Virus record (IMG/VR): IMGVR_UViG_3300020056_000010
From: an uncultured virus (IMG/VR IMGVR_UViG_3300020056_000010)
Taxonomy: Duplodnaviria > Heunggongvirae > Uroviricota > Caudoviricetes
Reading direction: 5' to 3' (one strand)
Length of the DNA stretch: 64,000 nt
A model generated the notes under the pieces. The model ran no database searches, was not told where the DNA came from, and was given only the letters and a program-made list of their open reading frames with translations. How positions within the stretch are numbered: position 1 is the first letter of the stretch; every line of letters starts with the position of its first letter. The translations under genes were made by a program, and so were the position numbers. Positions 29,055-37,712 of the stretch are shown here, piece by piece.

Positions 29055-29845
29055 TGGCATTTAACTTATCACAATTCAAATCCCAGATGGACTGGTTCGG
29101 TGGACCAGATCGTGCCTCTTTATTTGAAGTTGAGCTCAGTGGCTTACCTTTAACTAAATCGAGAGCGGGTTCATATGACCTTAAATTTTTCTGTAAAAAC
29201 GTAGCCATACCGGGCATGATCTTTAACCCTGCTCAGTATGAAGCCGTGGGTCAGATGCGTAAGGTCTATCCTATGGGATTCAACCCAGAACCAGTACAAG
29301 CAATCTTTTTACTTGATGCTGATAAACAAGTACTTACATTCTTTCATGGCTGGGCTCAGAGTATGGTAAACTTTAGTACCGCGGGTGGAGCATTCTCTGC
29401 GGTTGACGGTACAAAACCATTTGAAATTAATTATCGTGATGATTACGCATGTCGAATGGTTATCAAACATTATAGTGCAAACTATTTGCAAACCGGACAA
29501 TACTATGAGGTAATTCTAGATAAAGCGTTCCCAATTCAAATGGGTGATGTGGATCTTGCATGGGAGAATGGTGACAGTTTTGTTGTTCTACCAGTAAGTA
29601 TTCAATATGATAGAATCGAGTTCTCAGGTGAAAGATATGGTTATCCTATAGGCGGGGATGGAAACAGCCTACTTAAATTACTTACAGCAGCCGGTAGAAT
29701 CAACGACATTATGGGCGGTGGTATTCTTCCAACTGATGTACAAGATGCAGTTAATAAACTCACTGGAATTAACAGCGAATTTGATAATATTTCTAGCAAA
29801 GGTCGAAGTCTCGCAAACCAGGTGGGTAGATTCTTAGGTGGATGA
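29054..29845 (+). CDS. Tail tube initiator / gp19-like tube-fold protein (gp54-like)
   Basis: FEVEL...FFCKNVAIPG...W...YRDDY...AFPIQMGDVDLAW pattern; synteny gp4-gp2-gp54-gp26. Confidence 0.7.
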   Translation: MAFNLSQFKSQMDWFGGPDRASLFEVELSGLPLTKSRAGSYDLKFFCKNVAIPGMIFNPAQYEAVGQMRKVYPMGFNPEPVQAIFLLDADKQVLTFFHGWAQSMVNFSTAGGAFSAVDGTKPFEINYRDDYACRMVIKHYSANYLQTGQYYEVILDKAFPIQMGDVDLAWENGDSFVVLPVSIQYDRIEFSGERYGYPIGGDGNSLLKLLTAAGRINDIMGGGILPTDVQDAVNKLTGINSEFDNISSKGRSLANQVGRFLGG

Positions 29846-29862
29846 ACAGGAGAAATTAAATT

Positions 29863-30561
29863 ATGCTACCAAAAATTGATCTTCCTATTTTTGAAACAAC
29901 CTTGCCATCAACAGGTGAGAAAGTCAAATATAGAGTGTTTACAGTAAAAGAAGAAAAAATTCTTCTTGTTGCTTCTGAAAGCGAAGACCCAGAACAAAAC
30001 GTCTTAGCAATCAAGCAAGTTTTAAATAATTGTTTAATTGATACAGATGCTAGCAAACTAGCTATGTTTGATATGGAATATATGCTTCTACTTATCAGAG
30101 CAAGATCAGTAGAAAACGGTGTTAAGTTTAGCATAGTAGATCCAGACACAAACGAGCAAGTAGATTTGGAATTAGATTTAGATGAGGTAAAGGTTACCAA
30201 AGATCCTAATCATACTAATCAAGTTCCTATTAACGATGACTATGTTCTATTTCTAAGATACCCTACAATAGATGAGTTCATTAAAATCGCTAGTATCGAT
30301 CCTTCAGATCCTTTAGCGAACTATGTAATTATGATTTCTTGTTTAGATAAAGTCGCTTCTGAGGACGAAGTCTTTGAATTCCATAAGTATACTCAAAAAG
30401 AAATTGATGAGTTTATGGAGGGAATATCGGCACCGGTTGTAAAAGGAATTCAAAATTTCTTCGACACCATGCCAAAGCTACGTCATGAAGTATCTTATAA
30501 GAATAGTAACGGAGATGAGAAAACTTTTGTTATTGAAGGAATTAACTCTTTTTTTTCCTAG
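29863..30561 (+). CDS. gp26: Baseplate hub assembly protein gp26
   Basis: MLPKIDLP...LPSTGEKVKYRVFTVKEEKILL...FDMEYMLLLIRARSV...FFDTMPKL...IEGINSFF. Confidence 0.85.
   Translation: MLPKIDLPIFETTLPSTGEKVKYRVFTVKEEKILLVASESEDPEQNVLAIKQVLNNCLIDTDASKLAMFDMEYMLLLIRARSVENGVKFSIVDPDTNEQVDLELDLDEVKVTKDPNHTNQVPINDDYVLFLRYPTIDEFIKIASIDPSDPLANYVIMISCLDKVASEDEVFEFHKYTQKEIDEFMEGISAPVVKGIQNFFDTMPKLRHEVSYKNSNGDEKTFVIEGINSFFS
30549..30556 (+). other. Candidate -1 programmed ribosomal frameshift site (T TTT TTT)
   Basis: 8-T run in the last codons of gp26 (TCT TTT TTT TCC TAG); the -1 frame reads TTC CTA GTG CTG AGT CAT straight into the gp51-like ORF. Confidence 0.6.
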
Positions 30562-30731
30562 TGCTGAGTCATATTAGCCTCAAGGACTATTACAGAATTA
30601 ATTTCTCGATGGCTCAGCACCATAAATACTCTATAAGTGATATTGAAAATTTGATACCATACGAAAGAGATTTGTATTTTAGTATGCTGATTAGTCATAT
30701 TCAAGAACAACAACAGGCACAGCAAGGTTAA
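30561..30731 (+). CDS. gp51: Baseplate hub assembly chaperone gp51-like (56 aa)
   Basis: Below the ORF-track cutoff. VLSHISLKDYYRINFSMAQHHKYSISDIENLIPYERDLYFSMLISHIQEQQQAQQG matches the YYxxNFxxxQHHKYSxxxIENxIPxERxxY family. Confidence 0.8.
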   Translation: MLSHISLKDYYRINFSMAQHHKYSISDIENLIPYERDLYFSMLISHIQEQQQAQQG

Positions 30732-30735
30732 TTAA

Positions 30736-32796
30736 ATGGCAGTATCAGAAGAAACACAAGCTATCATAGATAGACTTAAAGCAGAAGGTGATTTAATTCG
30801 CAATAGCGGAACTAATTCTCTGCGCACGATGACTATCAAATTAGATAAGTTTGAAGGTTTGTTTACAAGTATTAATAGACAACTTGTTGCTCAGACCGAT
30901 CTTTTGAGAGCTCAGGCCGGATTAGCAGCTCAAGCCCGTAGAAACGAAGAAACAAGAAGACAATACGAAGAACTTACTCCTCCAACAGTAGAAAACGATT
31001 CGTCACCGGCTACCTCAGGCCCAGGACGAAGTGGAACTGAAAGAAGAATAGACGACGTAGCTAGAAAGCTTTCATCTGCTTTGAGTCTTAAGAATCTAGC
31101 AGTAGGCGCTGCTGGAATGTTTGTCGGATATAATTTCCTTAAAGGTTTCATTAATCAAAAGTATGATGGAGCTTGGGACAAGATGGAAACCGGGATTGGT
31201 AGCCTCGGTAGAAGTCTTGCTAATATTGACACAACAAAACTAACTGAAAATATTACAAACTTTGTTGATTCTCTACCCAAGCTTACAAATATGATTAATG
31301 ACATTACTAAAGCATTTCAAGACTTTAAAACAAAATGGGAAGAATATGGATGGACAGATCTGATCAGTGGCATATGGAATGCTTTAAGCAACGTTACTCT
31401 TACCATACTTGGACTGAAAGCAACCATAGCTGGTTTTAGAGCCTCTACTGCAATTGCCAATTGGAGAGCTTCTAGAAATGCTATAAAATTGTCAGGTGGT
31501 GATCCAACAAAAGTTCCAAAGCCAGATTTACCAGTTGCGTCATCAAAAACACCAATTGGTGTGTCAAAAGATGGCAGACCAATCTATGACGATCCTTTAA
31601 AACCGGGAAGATATCTAGACGAAACTGGTAAAATAATTCCTGATTCTAAATTACCAGACGGAATGTCTAGTAATCCAAGCGGTAAGGTTACTACAAATCT
31701 TGGAAACATTGATCTGAGTGGAAGAAACTTCGTAGTAAAAGATGGAGAATTCTATTCTAGATCTAAACCTGATACTCCACTTAGAGGTGCGGCAAGAGAC
31801 GCTGCACAACGAGCATTGAGTGCTGACATTATTGGTGGCAGAGTCCATATACCTGGCATTAGTACATCACCTCCTATAAGAGCAACTATTTCTGATATTG
31901 GAAAGCAAGCTGGGCAAAAGCTGAGACCTAAAATTGTTTCTCTTGCCAAAGATAAAGTTTGGAAAGTTTTCGGAACCGCTCTTCCAATTATTGGCATGGG
32001 CGTTGGAGCTTGGCTTGCTCTTAATAACTTATTTAAAGGAGATTATACATCTGCGGCAGCCAACGGCGTATCCTTGTTTTTGCCTACAATATCTGGTACC
32101 GCTGTAGATATTGGAAGTGTTGCTACAGAAATTTTCTTTGAAATGTCTGAAGAAGCCTTTGGAGAAAAGACTACCTTTAATCCTGCTAATGAAGCTCACG
32201 TAGACTTCATGGTGATTATTGGACAAGAAGTAGAAAAAGCAATTGAACAATATCAAAAAGAGCAATCAGACAAAAAAAGAAGAGAATTTGACGCTTTACC
32301 AGCAGATGAAAGAGCTCGCATTTTGGGACAACAAGAAAGCAAATTAGGTGAATACTATCGCGGGCAAGATCCGAACTATAGTGTTCTAGAAGATATGTAC
32401 GCTGTTCCAAACTTTAGAGGACAAACAAGAGATAACTACACCGGTCCTTCGTCTTTCTATGGATATGGAACAGGCCCAAACTCTAATACGCAATATCGTT
32501 ACACACCAAATTTTGGATCTGACGGTAAGTTTAGATATTTTGATAGAGAAGAACTCGGAACCATCCAAAAAATGTCTTTTAATGGAGGAAGATTTAACAA
32601 CAGTATGATTGGTCTAGCATCATACGGAGGAGTTGGCGGTGCTCCTGTTGTAATTAATGCACCTCAAATAAGTGCGCCTGTTGTGAATAATGTAGAAGGT
32701 GGGAAGTCGGCCAACTACATTCAGATGGCCTCCTTCGGTGGTGGCGGGGGCGGCTTTGGAAGCGACGACCCCTACAACCTATCATTTATTTCGTAG
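30736..32796 (+). CDS. Putative tape-measure / baseplate hub subunit (gp29-like)
   Basis: 686-aa helical Ala/Gly-rich protein with hydrophobic segments (LPIIGMGVGAWLAL), directly after gp26/gp51. Confidence 0.5.
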   Translation: MAVSEETQAIIDRLKAEGDLIRNSGTNSLRTMTIKLDKFEGLFTSINRQLVAQTDLLRAQAGLAAQARRNEETRRQYEELTPPTVENDSSPATSGPGRSGTERRIDDVARKLSSALSLKNLAVGAAGMFVGYNFLKGFINQKYDGAWDKMETGIGSLGRSLANIDTTKLTENITNFVDSLPKLTNMINDITKAFQDFKTKWEEYGWTDLISGIWNALSNVTLTILGLKATIAGFRASTAIANWRASRNAIKLSGGDPTKVPKPDLPVASSKTPIGVSKDGRPIYDDPLKPGRYLDETGKIIPDSKLPDGMSSNPSGKVTTNLGNIDLSGRNFVVKDGEFYSRSKPDTPLRGAARDAAQRALSADIIGGRVHIPGISTSPPIRATISDIGKQAGQKLRPKIVSLAKDKVWKVFGTALPIIGMGVGAWLALNNLFKGDYTSAAANGVSLFLPTISGTAVDIGSVATEIFFEMSEEAFGEKTTFNPANEAHVDFMVIIGQEVEKAIEQYQKEQSDKKRREFDALPADERARILGQQESKLGEYYRGQDPNYSVLEDMYAVPNFRGQTRDNYTGPSSFYGYGTGPNSNTQYRYTPNFGSDGKFRYFDREELGTIQKMSFNGGRFNNSMIGLASYGGVGGAPVVINAPQISAPVVNNVEGGKSANYIQMASFGGGGGGFGSDDPYNLSFIS

Positions 32797-33019
32797 AATC
32801 ACCTTTGTCAGAAACGAAGGAATACATTTCTTTCGCTTTAGACATAAGCTCTTCTACAGAATACATTTCGATGTGCTTTTGAAATTCTTCCATCTGCATC
32901 TTACCTGCATCCATCATTTTTTCAGCAAATGACACGTTCATGTGATACTGCTGATCCATATAATCTTTTGCAAGTGTTAGCATTTCTGAACGAATTTCAA
33001 ATGGGTTTTTATTAGCCAT
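32786..33019 (-). CDS. Hypothetical phage protein
   Basis: Probable start MANKNPFEIRSEML at 33019 with AAGGAG SD. Confidence 0.7.
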   Translation of the reverse strand: MANKNPFEIRSEMLTLAKDYMDQQYHMNVSFAEKMMDAGKMQMEEFQKHIEMYSVEELMSKAKEMYSFVSDKGDSTK

Positions 33020-33110
33020 AACTTTCTCCTTTGTGTATGTATGTGTTAGCCAATTTGGGTGAATATCATAATAACCTGGATTACATATATTCATTTTGTT
33101 TTCCTTTTAA

Positions 33111-33138
33111 AGAAATGGGGAGCTAACCGTGGCTCCCC
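33111..33138 (-). terminator. GC hairpin downstream of hsp20 (probable intrinsic terminator)
   Basis: GGGGAGC-N8-GCTCCCC stem followed by ATTTCTTT on the minus strand. Confidence 0.5.
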
Positions 33139-33155
33139 GCGGATTCGTTACGGAA

Positions 33156-33599
33156 TCACCCGTTTAGAAGTTCTGGAGCTCGGCCGATTTCAATCTTACG
33201 AGGCTTCTTCTCTTCCGGAATCACATTCTCCAATTTAACTGTCAAAATGCCATCTGCGAAATGTGCACCACGTACGACAATTGTATCTGAGAGTGTAAAG
33301 CTACGACGGAAGTGACGCGCTGAGATACCTTTATGTAGGTATGTACGTTCTTCTTCGTCGTCGTTTTTTGTCCCTTCAATATATAGAACACCGTCTTTTA
33401 GTTCGATGTCTAGTTCATCTTCGCCAAAGCCCGCGACCGCCAATTCAATGGCATAGTTATCGTCGTCGATCTTTGCGATATTATATGGGGGATAATTAGT
33501 TTGACCCGGTGTTTGTTCTCTCATTCTTTCGATCATGCGATCAAAACCGATGAAAAGTGGGTCATTGAGCATATCTGCTCTAAAGCTACGTGTATTCAT
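33156..33599 (-). CDS. hsp20: Small heat-shock protein Hsp20 (IbpA-like)
   Basis: FIGFDR...NYPPYNI...YAIELAVAGF...YLHKGISARHFRRSFTL...GILTVKLENVIPEEKKPRKIEI; start ATG 33599 with AAGGAG SD. Confidence 0.95.
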   Translation of the reverse strand: MNTRSFRADMLNDPLFIGFDRMIERMREQTPGQTNYPPYNIAKIDDDNYAIELAVAGFGEDELDIELKDGVLYIEGTKNDDEEERTYLHKGISARHFRRSFTLSDTIVVRGAHFADGILTVKLENVIPEEKKPRKIEIGRAPELLNG

Positions 33600-33655
33600 T
33601 GCTATCTCCTTTATTAAGCAAGATTTATAATAAGGGAACCCATTAGGCATTCCCT
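33600..33655 (-). promoter_or_regulatory. ROSE-like RNA thermometer in the hsp20 5' UTR
   Basis: Hairpin AUCUU-G-CUU-AAUA-AAG-GAGAU: the UUGCU motif pairs with the SD and leaves a bulged G; preceded by a second hairpin AGGGAA...UUCCCU. Confidence 0.7.
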
Positions 33656-33659
33656 ATAT

Positions 33660-33690
33660 TATTTATATCACATTATTTAGGAGATGTCAA
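33660..33690 (-). promoter_or_regulatory. Composite sigma70-type and T4 late promoter for hsp20
   Basis: TTGACA (33690-33685)-N17-TATAAA, whose -10 box is part of TATAAATA. Confidence 0.7.
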
Positions 33691-34051
33691 CTTTTTTTTC
33701 AAGAATTGCGTGTGCAATAATGTCCCCGTTCTTAAGGGCAACTAAACTGTCACATGTATTCTTGACTATCAATTTAATTTCAGAAGTCTCTTCTACAATC
33801 TGAACACACGAAGCGAGAACAAGCGATTTCTTAAGTGCCCAATCCTCTTTAATATAAATCTTTGCAATGTATCCTTCCGGCACTTCAAGAGTCTGCCCTG
33901 TTGGAATAATTGCTCTTACATCTGGAATCAACTGTAATGCATCCGCATCTGGACCGAATCCTTTTACATGCATTTTTTGTAGTTTATTCCAATTATTATA
34001 AGTATCAACAAAGTCTCCATGCTTTAAGGAGACGGCAATATCAATCATCAT
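33677..34051 (-). CDS. dUTPase-fold protein with degenerate catalytic motifs
   Basis: RAIIPTG..LEVPEGYIAKI...ALKK...EIKLIVKN...LKNGDIIAH tracks the trimeric dUTPase fold, but RSG, GxIDxDYxG and motif V are absent. Confidence 0.6.
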   Translation of the reverse strand: MMIDIAVSLKHGDFVDTYNNWNKLQKMHVKGFGPDADALQLIPDVRAIIPTGQTLEVPEGYIAKIYIKEDWALKKSLVLASCVQIVEETSEIKLIVKNTCDSLVALKNGDIIAHAILEKKVDIS

Positions 34052-34449
34052 TTTTTTCCTATATTGTACTTAGCCTCTAAGTTCCATTCATTTTTCTCTT
34101 TATGAGATAGAATCTTAATTTGATTAAGCTGAGCAACTGGATCTTGAGCTTTCTCCGTATTTACAACTGAGATGAGATCCCATTCCTCAAGCAAATTTAC
34201 GATAGTATTTCTTCTAGCCTTATCTTCTTCTGAGAAGGTGTCTTTCTTTCCGTCTAGGATAAACAACTCTTTAAAATGTAGAATTGCATAACGACCTTGT
34301 TTGTGAAGAATATGGCAAGTTTGATATAAAGTCTTATCTTTACGAGATGAAATACCGATTCGTGTTAGTGTTTCTTTGACTTTTAAAAAGCTATCTGGCG
34401 AGGGAAGAGAGATCTCAATTCCCACCCCTTTAAAAATATCTTCTTGCAT
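34048..34449 (-). CDS. regA: Translational repressor RegA
   Basis: PDSFLKVKETLTRIGI...LYQTCHILHKQGRYAILHFKELFILDG...RRNTIVNLLEEW...KYNIG; start ATG 34449. Confidence 0.95.
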   Translation of the reverse strand: MQEDIFKGVGIEISLPSPDSFLKVKETLTRIGISSRKDKTLYQTCHILHKQGRYAILHFKELFILDGKKDTFSEEDKARRNTIVNLLEEWDLISVVNTEKAQDPVAQLNQIKILSHKEKNEWNLEAKYNIGKK

Positions 34450-34510
34450 AACCACAGCATCCTTATTATTATTGTTATTATCACGATGCTCACCATGACC
34501 ATCCAAACAA

Positions 34511-34518
34511 TATTTATA
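34511..34518 (-). promoter_or_regulatory. T4-type late promoter upstream of regA
   Basis: Exact TATAAATA on the minus strand, just after the gp62 stop. Confidence 0.5.
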
Positions 34519-34522
34519 TTTT

Positions 34523-34921
34523 TCACACTCCCCCTGTGACAAGTTTGCTATGTACATATTTCATATCTTCTTTACTCAAAGCTTTCTGGTACATCTTGGC
34601 TACGGTACGGTTACACTGATAAACCTGTTGAATCGCATCTAAGTCTGCATCTTTATCGGCCTTTGGCCACTTTGAGAAACGTTTACGCTTGCGTAGTGCT
34701 CCACGATAATATTGAAACTGAGCGGCATGGAACATATGAGCTCGTTGATTCATTTCATTCGCATGTAAGATAGTATCCTCGAAGTTTGCGAAACCACGAT
34801 TTACCATATAAGGAATGTACTGCTTTTCAATCAGTTCTGGATTTTCGTTATTGTTAATCAGATCTTCCTTCGAGAAAGAAGCTGCTGTCATAAAATCAAA
34901 TGGGTTATAGTCCTTCGCCAC
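34523..34921 (-). CDS. gp62: Clamp loader small subunit gp62
   Basis: YIPYMVNRGF...DTILHANEMN...QFQYY...LRKRKRFSKW; lies between gp44 and regA; GTG start at 34921. Confidence 0.88.
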   Translation of the reverse strand: MAKDYNPFDFMTAASFSKEDLINNNENPELIEKQYIPYMVNRGFANFEDTILHANEMNQRAHMFHAAQFQYYRGALRKRKRFSKWPKADKDADLDAIQQVYQCNRTVAKMYQKALSKEDMKYVHSKLVTGGV

Positions 34922-35102
34922 GAGCTTCCTCAATCTTTTTCAAAATATCATTTAAATCATCTGCACAAGTGGGGCAGGCTTTTAATTCAAGAGGCCCTTC
35001 ACTTGTATCTAATTTTATACTAAACAAGTCAGCTTTGTCAACTGTTTTTTCACAATAAAAGCAAGTATGCTTTTTAATAAGACGTTTCATCCATTCGCTC
35101 AT
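34905..35102 (-). CDS. Small putative Zn-ribbon protein
   Basis: CFYC...CPTC pairs; coupled to neighbours. Confidence 0.6.
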   Translation of the reverse strand: MSEWMKRLIKKHTCFYCEKTVDKADLFSIKLDTSEGPLELKACPTCADDLNDILKKIEEARGEGL

Positions 35103-35327
35103 TTACCACTCCGGCGCTGAATAATCTTTGTGCAATTTATATGAAGCTATTCCATCTAATCCATAAGATGGGCAAACGTGAATGTATTTAGGCAAACCTA
35201 AATCGTCTTTCTCACCCGCTTCACCACAAATGAAGTATGCACCAGTTTTTTCAGGTGAGCTATGCTTCCAAATTTTTAAGAGCTTTTGGTAAAGCTGATA
35301 TTCATTATCACTAATTTCAACCATCAT
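35103..35327 (-). CDS. Hypothetical protein
   Basis: Packed ORF; probable start MMVEIS at 35327. Confidence 0.55.
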   Translation of the reverse strand: MMVEISDNEYQLYQKLLKIWKHSSPEKTGAYFICGEAGEKDDLGLPKYIHVCPSYGLDGIASYKLHKDYSAPEW

Positions 35328-35505
35328 CTTCTTCCCAATATCTAACATAAAAGTATTTGCCGCAGTTGTCAATCTCTTTCTGCGGATAACCTTCGCTCAA
35401 CAGCCAAGGAAGGATACTTTCATCTTCGCCTAAGTCTGCGGGTAAAGGTTTAGGAAAACCATACTTCCAACCGCTGGGCGGATCGCACATCATCACTTTA
35501 GCCAT
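35317..35505 (-). CDS. Hypothetical phage protein (DPPSGWKYGFPK motif)
   Basis: 62-aa ORF in a tightly packed operon. Confidence 0.6.
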   Translation of the reverse strand: MAKVMMCDPPSGWKYGFPKPLPADLGEDESILPWLLSEGYPQKEIDNCGKYFYVRYWEEDDG

Positions 35506-35506
35506 T

Positions 35507-35728
35507 TCATACTACAATATCAACTAATTGTCCCTGTGGTTTCTCATCAATCACTCGACCAGCATGGTCGTAACGGGTCCATTGAACGGTTTCAACCCAT
35601 GTCACTCCAGTCGGTGTTTCAAGATGTTTCGTTTGTGTTACCTTAACACCATGAACAGTAGTATTAGTGGTGTAGTAATTACTTGTTGTAATCTGTGGCA
35701 TGATGCCATATACTTCTACGTTATTCAT
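35507..35728 (-). CDS. Hypothetical protein
   Basis: 73-aa ORF overlapping the gp44 stop. Confidence 0.55.
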   Translation of the reverse strand: MNNVEVYGIMPQITTSNYYTTNTTVHGVKVTQTKHLETPTGVTWVETVQWTRYDHAGRVIDEKPQGQLVDIVV

Positions 35729-36678
35729 TTAAAGGATGTCTCCATCATGATTTCAGTGAGGCATGCAACCATATTTATCTCAAGATCAGCGACAAAGTTT
35801 GCTTTGTACATATAGTCTGCAAGAGTTACGATAAAGCCTGGCTGAGATCTGAGTTCGACCTTATCATTGGCCATATCATAGATACGACGGAACATCTCGT
35901 TCATATCTTGATCTGAGTTCTTTGCAACCCACTTACGCATGTTTGTGAAGTCTTTACTCTTTAGAAGTTTAAAGAGTTCATCAAGGGATTCTTGTTTGAG
36001 ATTAACAAAGATACCTTCATCAATAGCGCCAGAAGCGGAGTAAGATTGCAACTCTGTAAGTACACGTCGAAAATCAGGGAAGTGTTTTTGGATTACTTTT
36101 GCAACAACTGCTTTATCATACGCAACGTTTTCTTGTTCAAGAATAGCTTCAACACGGCGTAGGAATTGCATCGCGAGCTTTGGCCGATCGGATTGCTCGA
36201 TGGTAAAGTCAACCTCTGACAAACGAGAACGAAGTGGAGAGATTATACGATTTTTAAAGTTACAAGTAAAGATGAACCCGCAATTGCTTGAATATTCTTC
36301 AATAAAGTTGCGTAGCGCGGGTTGAACATTTGCTGCGTTGAGATAGTCCGCCTCGTCAAAGATGACGTATTTTCTACCACCTGTGAAGGAAACCGCTGAG
36401 GCAAACGTGGAGATGTCATATCGGAGGGTATCGATATTGACGTTAAGTGAGCCGTTTTTAATAATATAATCGCAGCCAAGTTCATCGAGCATAGCTTTTG
36501 CGATTGTAGTTTTGCCAACACCTGGACCGCCAGTGAGTAGTAAGTTAGGAATAGATTCATCTGCTACAAATTTTTTGAAAGCAGATTTAGTTTTGTCTGG
36601 TAGAATTGTGTCGCCAATTACCATTGGCCTGTACTTCTCTACCCAAAGTACTTCATTTGCTTTTGCATCAATAGACAT
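35725..36678 (-). CDS. gp44: Clamp loader large subunit gp44 (AAA+)
   Basis: LWVEKYRP, Walker A GGPGVGKTT, Walker B DEAD, PLRSR, FPDFRR. Confidence 0.96.
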   Translation of the reverse strand: MSIDAKANEVLWVEKYRPMVIGDTILPDKTKSAFKKFVADESIPNLLLTGGPGVGKTTIAKAMLDELGCDYIIKNGSLNVNIDTLRYDISTFASAVSFTGGRKYVIFDEADYLNAANVQPALRNFIEEYSSNCGFIFTCNFKNRIISPLRSRLSEVDFTIEQSDRPKLAMQFLRRVEAILEQENVAYDKAVVAKVIQKHFPDFRRVLTELQSYSASGAIDEGIFVNLKQESLDELFKLLKSKDFTNMRKWVAKNSDQDMNEMFRRIYDMANDKVELRSQPGFIVTLADYMYKANFVADLEINMVACLTEIMMETSFK

Positions 36679-36697
36679 TCAATCACCATCATCATAT

Positions 36698-36730
36698 AAA
36701 AAGAAATGAGGGGGCCGAAGCCCCACTCAT
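36698..36730 (-). terminator. Intrinsic terminator
   Basis: ATGAGTGGGGC-TTCG-GCCCCCTCAT followed by TTCTTTTT. Confidence 0.75.
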
Positions 36731-37017
36731 TATTGTACCACTTTGTCAGCGAGTGGTGCGTCCTCAGGTACATCCGGAGCTGGAGCATCGGCTGCCGGCA
36801 TGTTACCATCGGGAGCTCCTTGCGGAGCATTCTGTTGTAGGAACATTTCGATTTTGTTACGAAGCATTCCAATAATTGCCATCTCGTTACCGGCTACTGC
36901 GCCGCGGCGAGACGCAACATCTACAAACTGTACAACAGTTGCTAGATCCTGAAGAGAAAGTTGGATCGGTTGAGGTGCTTGTCCCTCGGGTGCTTGAGCT
37001 GCTTGAGCTTCATTCAT
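36730..37017 (-). CDS. Hypothetical protein
   Basis: LSLQDLATVVQFVDVASRRGA core with low-complexity ends; SD AAAGGA. Confidence 0.7.
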   Translation of the reverse strand: MNEAQAAQAPEGQAPQPIQLSLQDLATVVQFVDVASRRGAVAGNEMAIIGMLRNKIEMFLQQNAPQGAPDGNMPAADAPAPDVPEDAPLADKVVQ

Positions 37018-37023
37018 AATTTG

Positions 37024-37686
37024 TTATCCTTTCTGATAAGTCGACTTAGTATCAATTGCCACGAAGTACGTGACGTCCGTACCCTTGAACTCAGAGATTC
37101 CCTTTGCGCAAAGAGAAACTTTGTAATCCTGAGGCAAGAGCTTAAGATTATCGGTTTTAATGATAATCTTAAATTCATCAGATGTAGTGCCGATTTCAAC
37201 ACCATAATCATCAGAATTTTGATTGTTGCTATCAATAGCTTTCAACCAGATTTTCCCTTCGGTCCCTACAAAGGCTACCTCAGAGAATTGTAACACACCT
37301 GCAGCCTTAAGAACAGACTGTAGGTCTTCCCAAGAAACATCAACAACTACATCCAGAGATGGCAGTTGAATCTCTTTTTCGGGAGCTGCATGAATCATTG
37401 ATATGTCAGCGTAAACATATTTCGTCTTACGACGACCATCGTTGATCATAAAGTATTTATCATGAAACTCTACGTCGGGATCCTTGTAAAGTGATAAAAT
37501 TGACAAAAATCTTGACAAATCATAGATACATGCTTGAGATGGAATCTGATCTGGAATAGTTGCAGACGCAACCAATGTCTTTTCTGGTGTTACTGTTTTA
37601 AGTACACCGCCGGGTTTCATAAGAATCGACTTGTTGATAGTCGAAAAACTCTTAAGAATGGTAAGAGTACGTTCACTAAACTTCAT
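37024..37686 (-). CDS. gp45: Sliding clamp gp45
   Basis: MKFSERTLTILKSFSTINKSI...IYDLSRFLS...NLKLLPQDYKV...YFVA; upstream of gp44. Confidence 0.93.
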   Translation of the reverse strand: MKFSERTLTILKSFSTINKSILMKPGGVLKTVTPEKTLVASATIPDQIPSQACIYDLSRFLSILSLYKDPDVEFHDKYFMINDGRRKTKYVYADISMIHAAPEKEIQLPSLDVVVDVSWEDLQSVLKAAGVLQFSEVAFVGTEGKIWLKAIDSNNQNSDDYGVEIGTTSDEFKIIIKTDNLKLLPQDYKVSLCAKGISEFKGTDVTYFVAIDTKSTYQKG

Positions 37687-37712
37687 TATATAAGCTCCTT
37701 ACAAATTTCACA

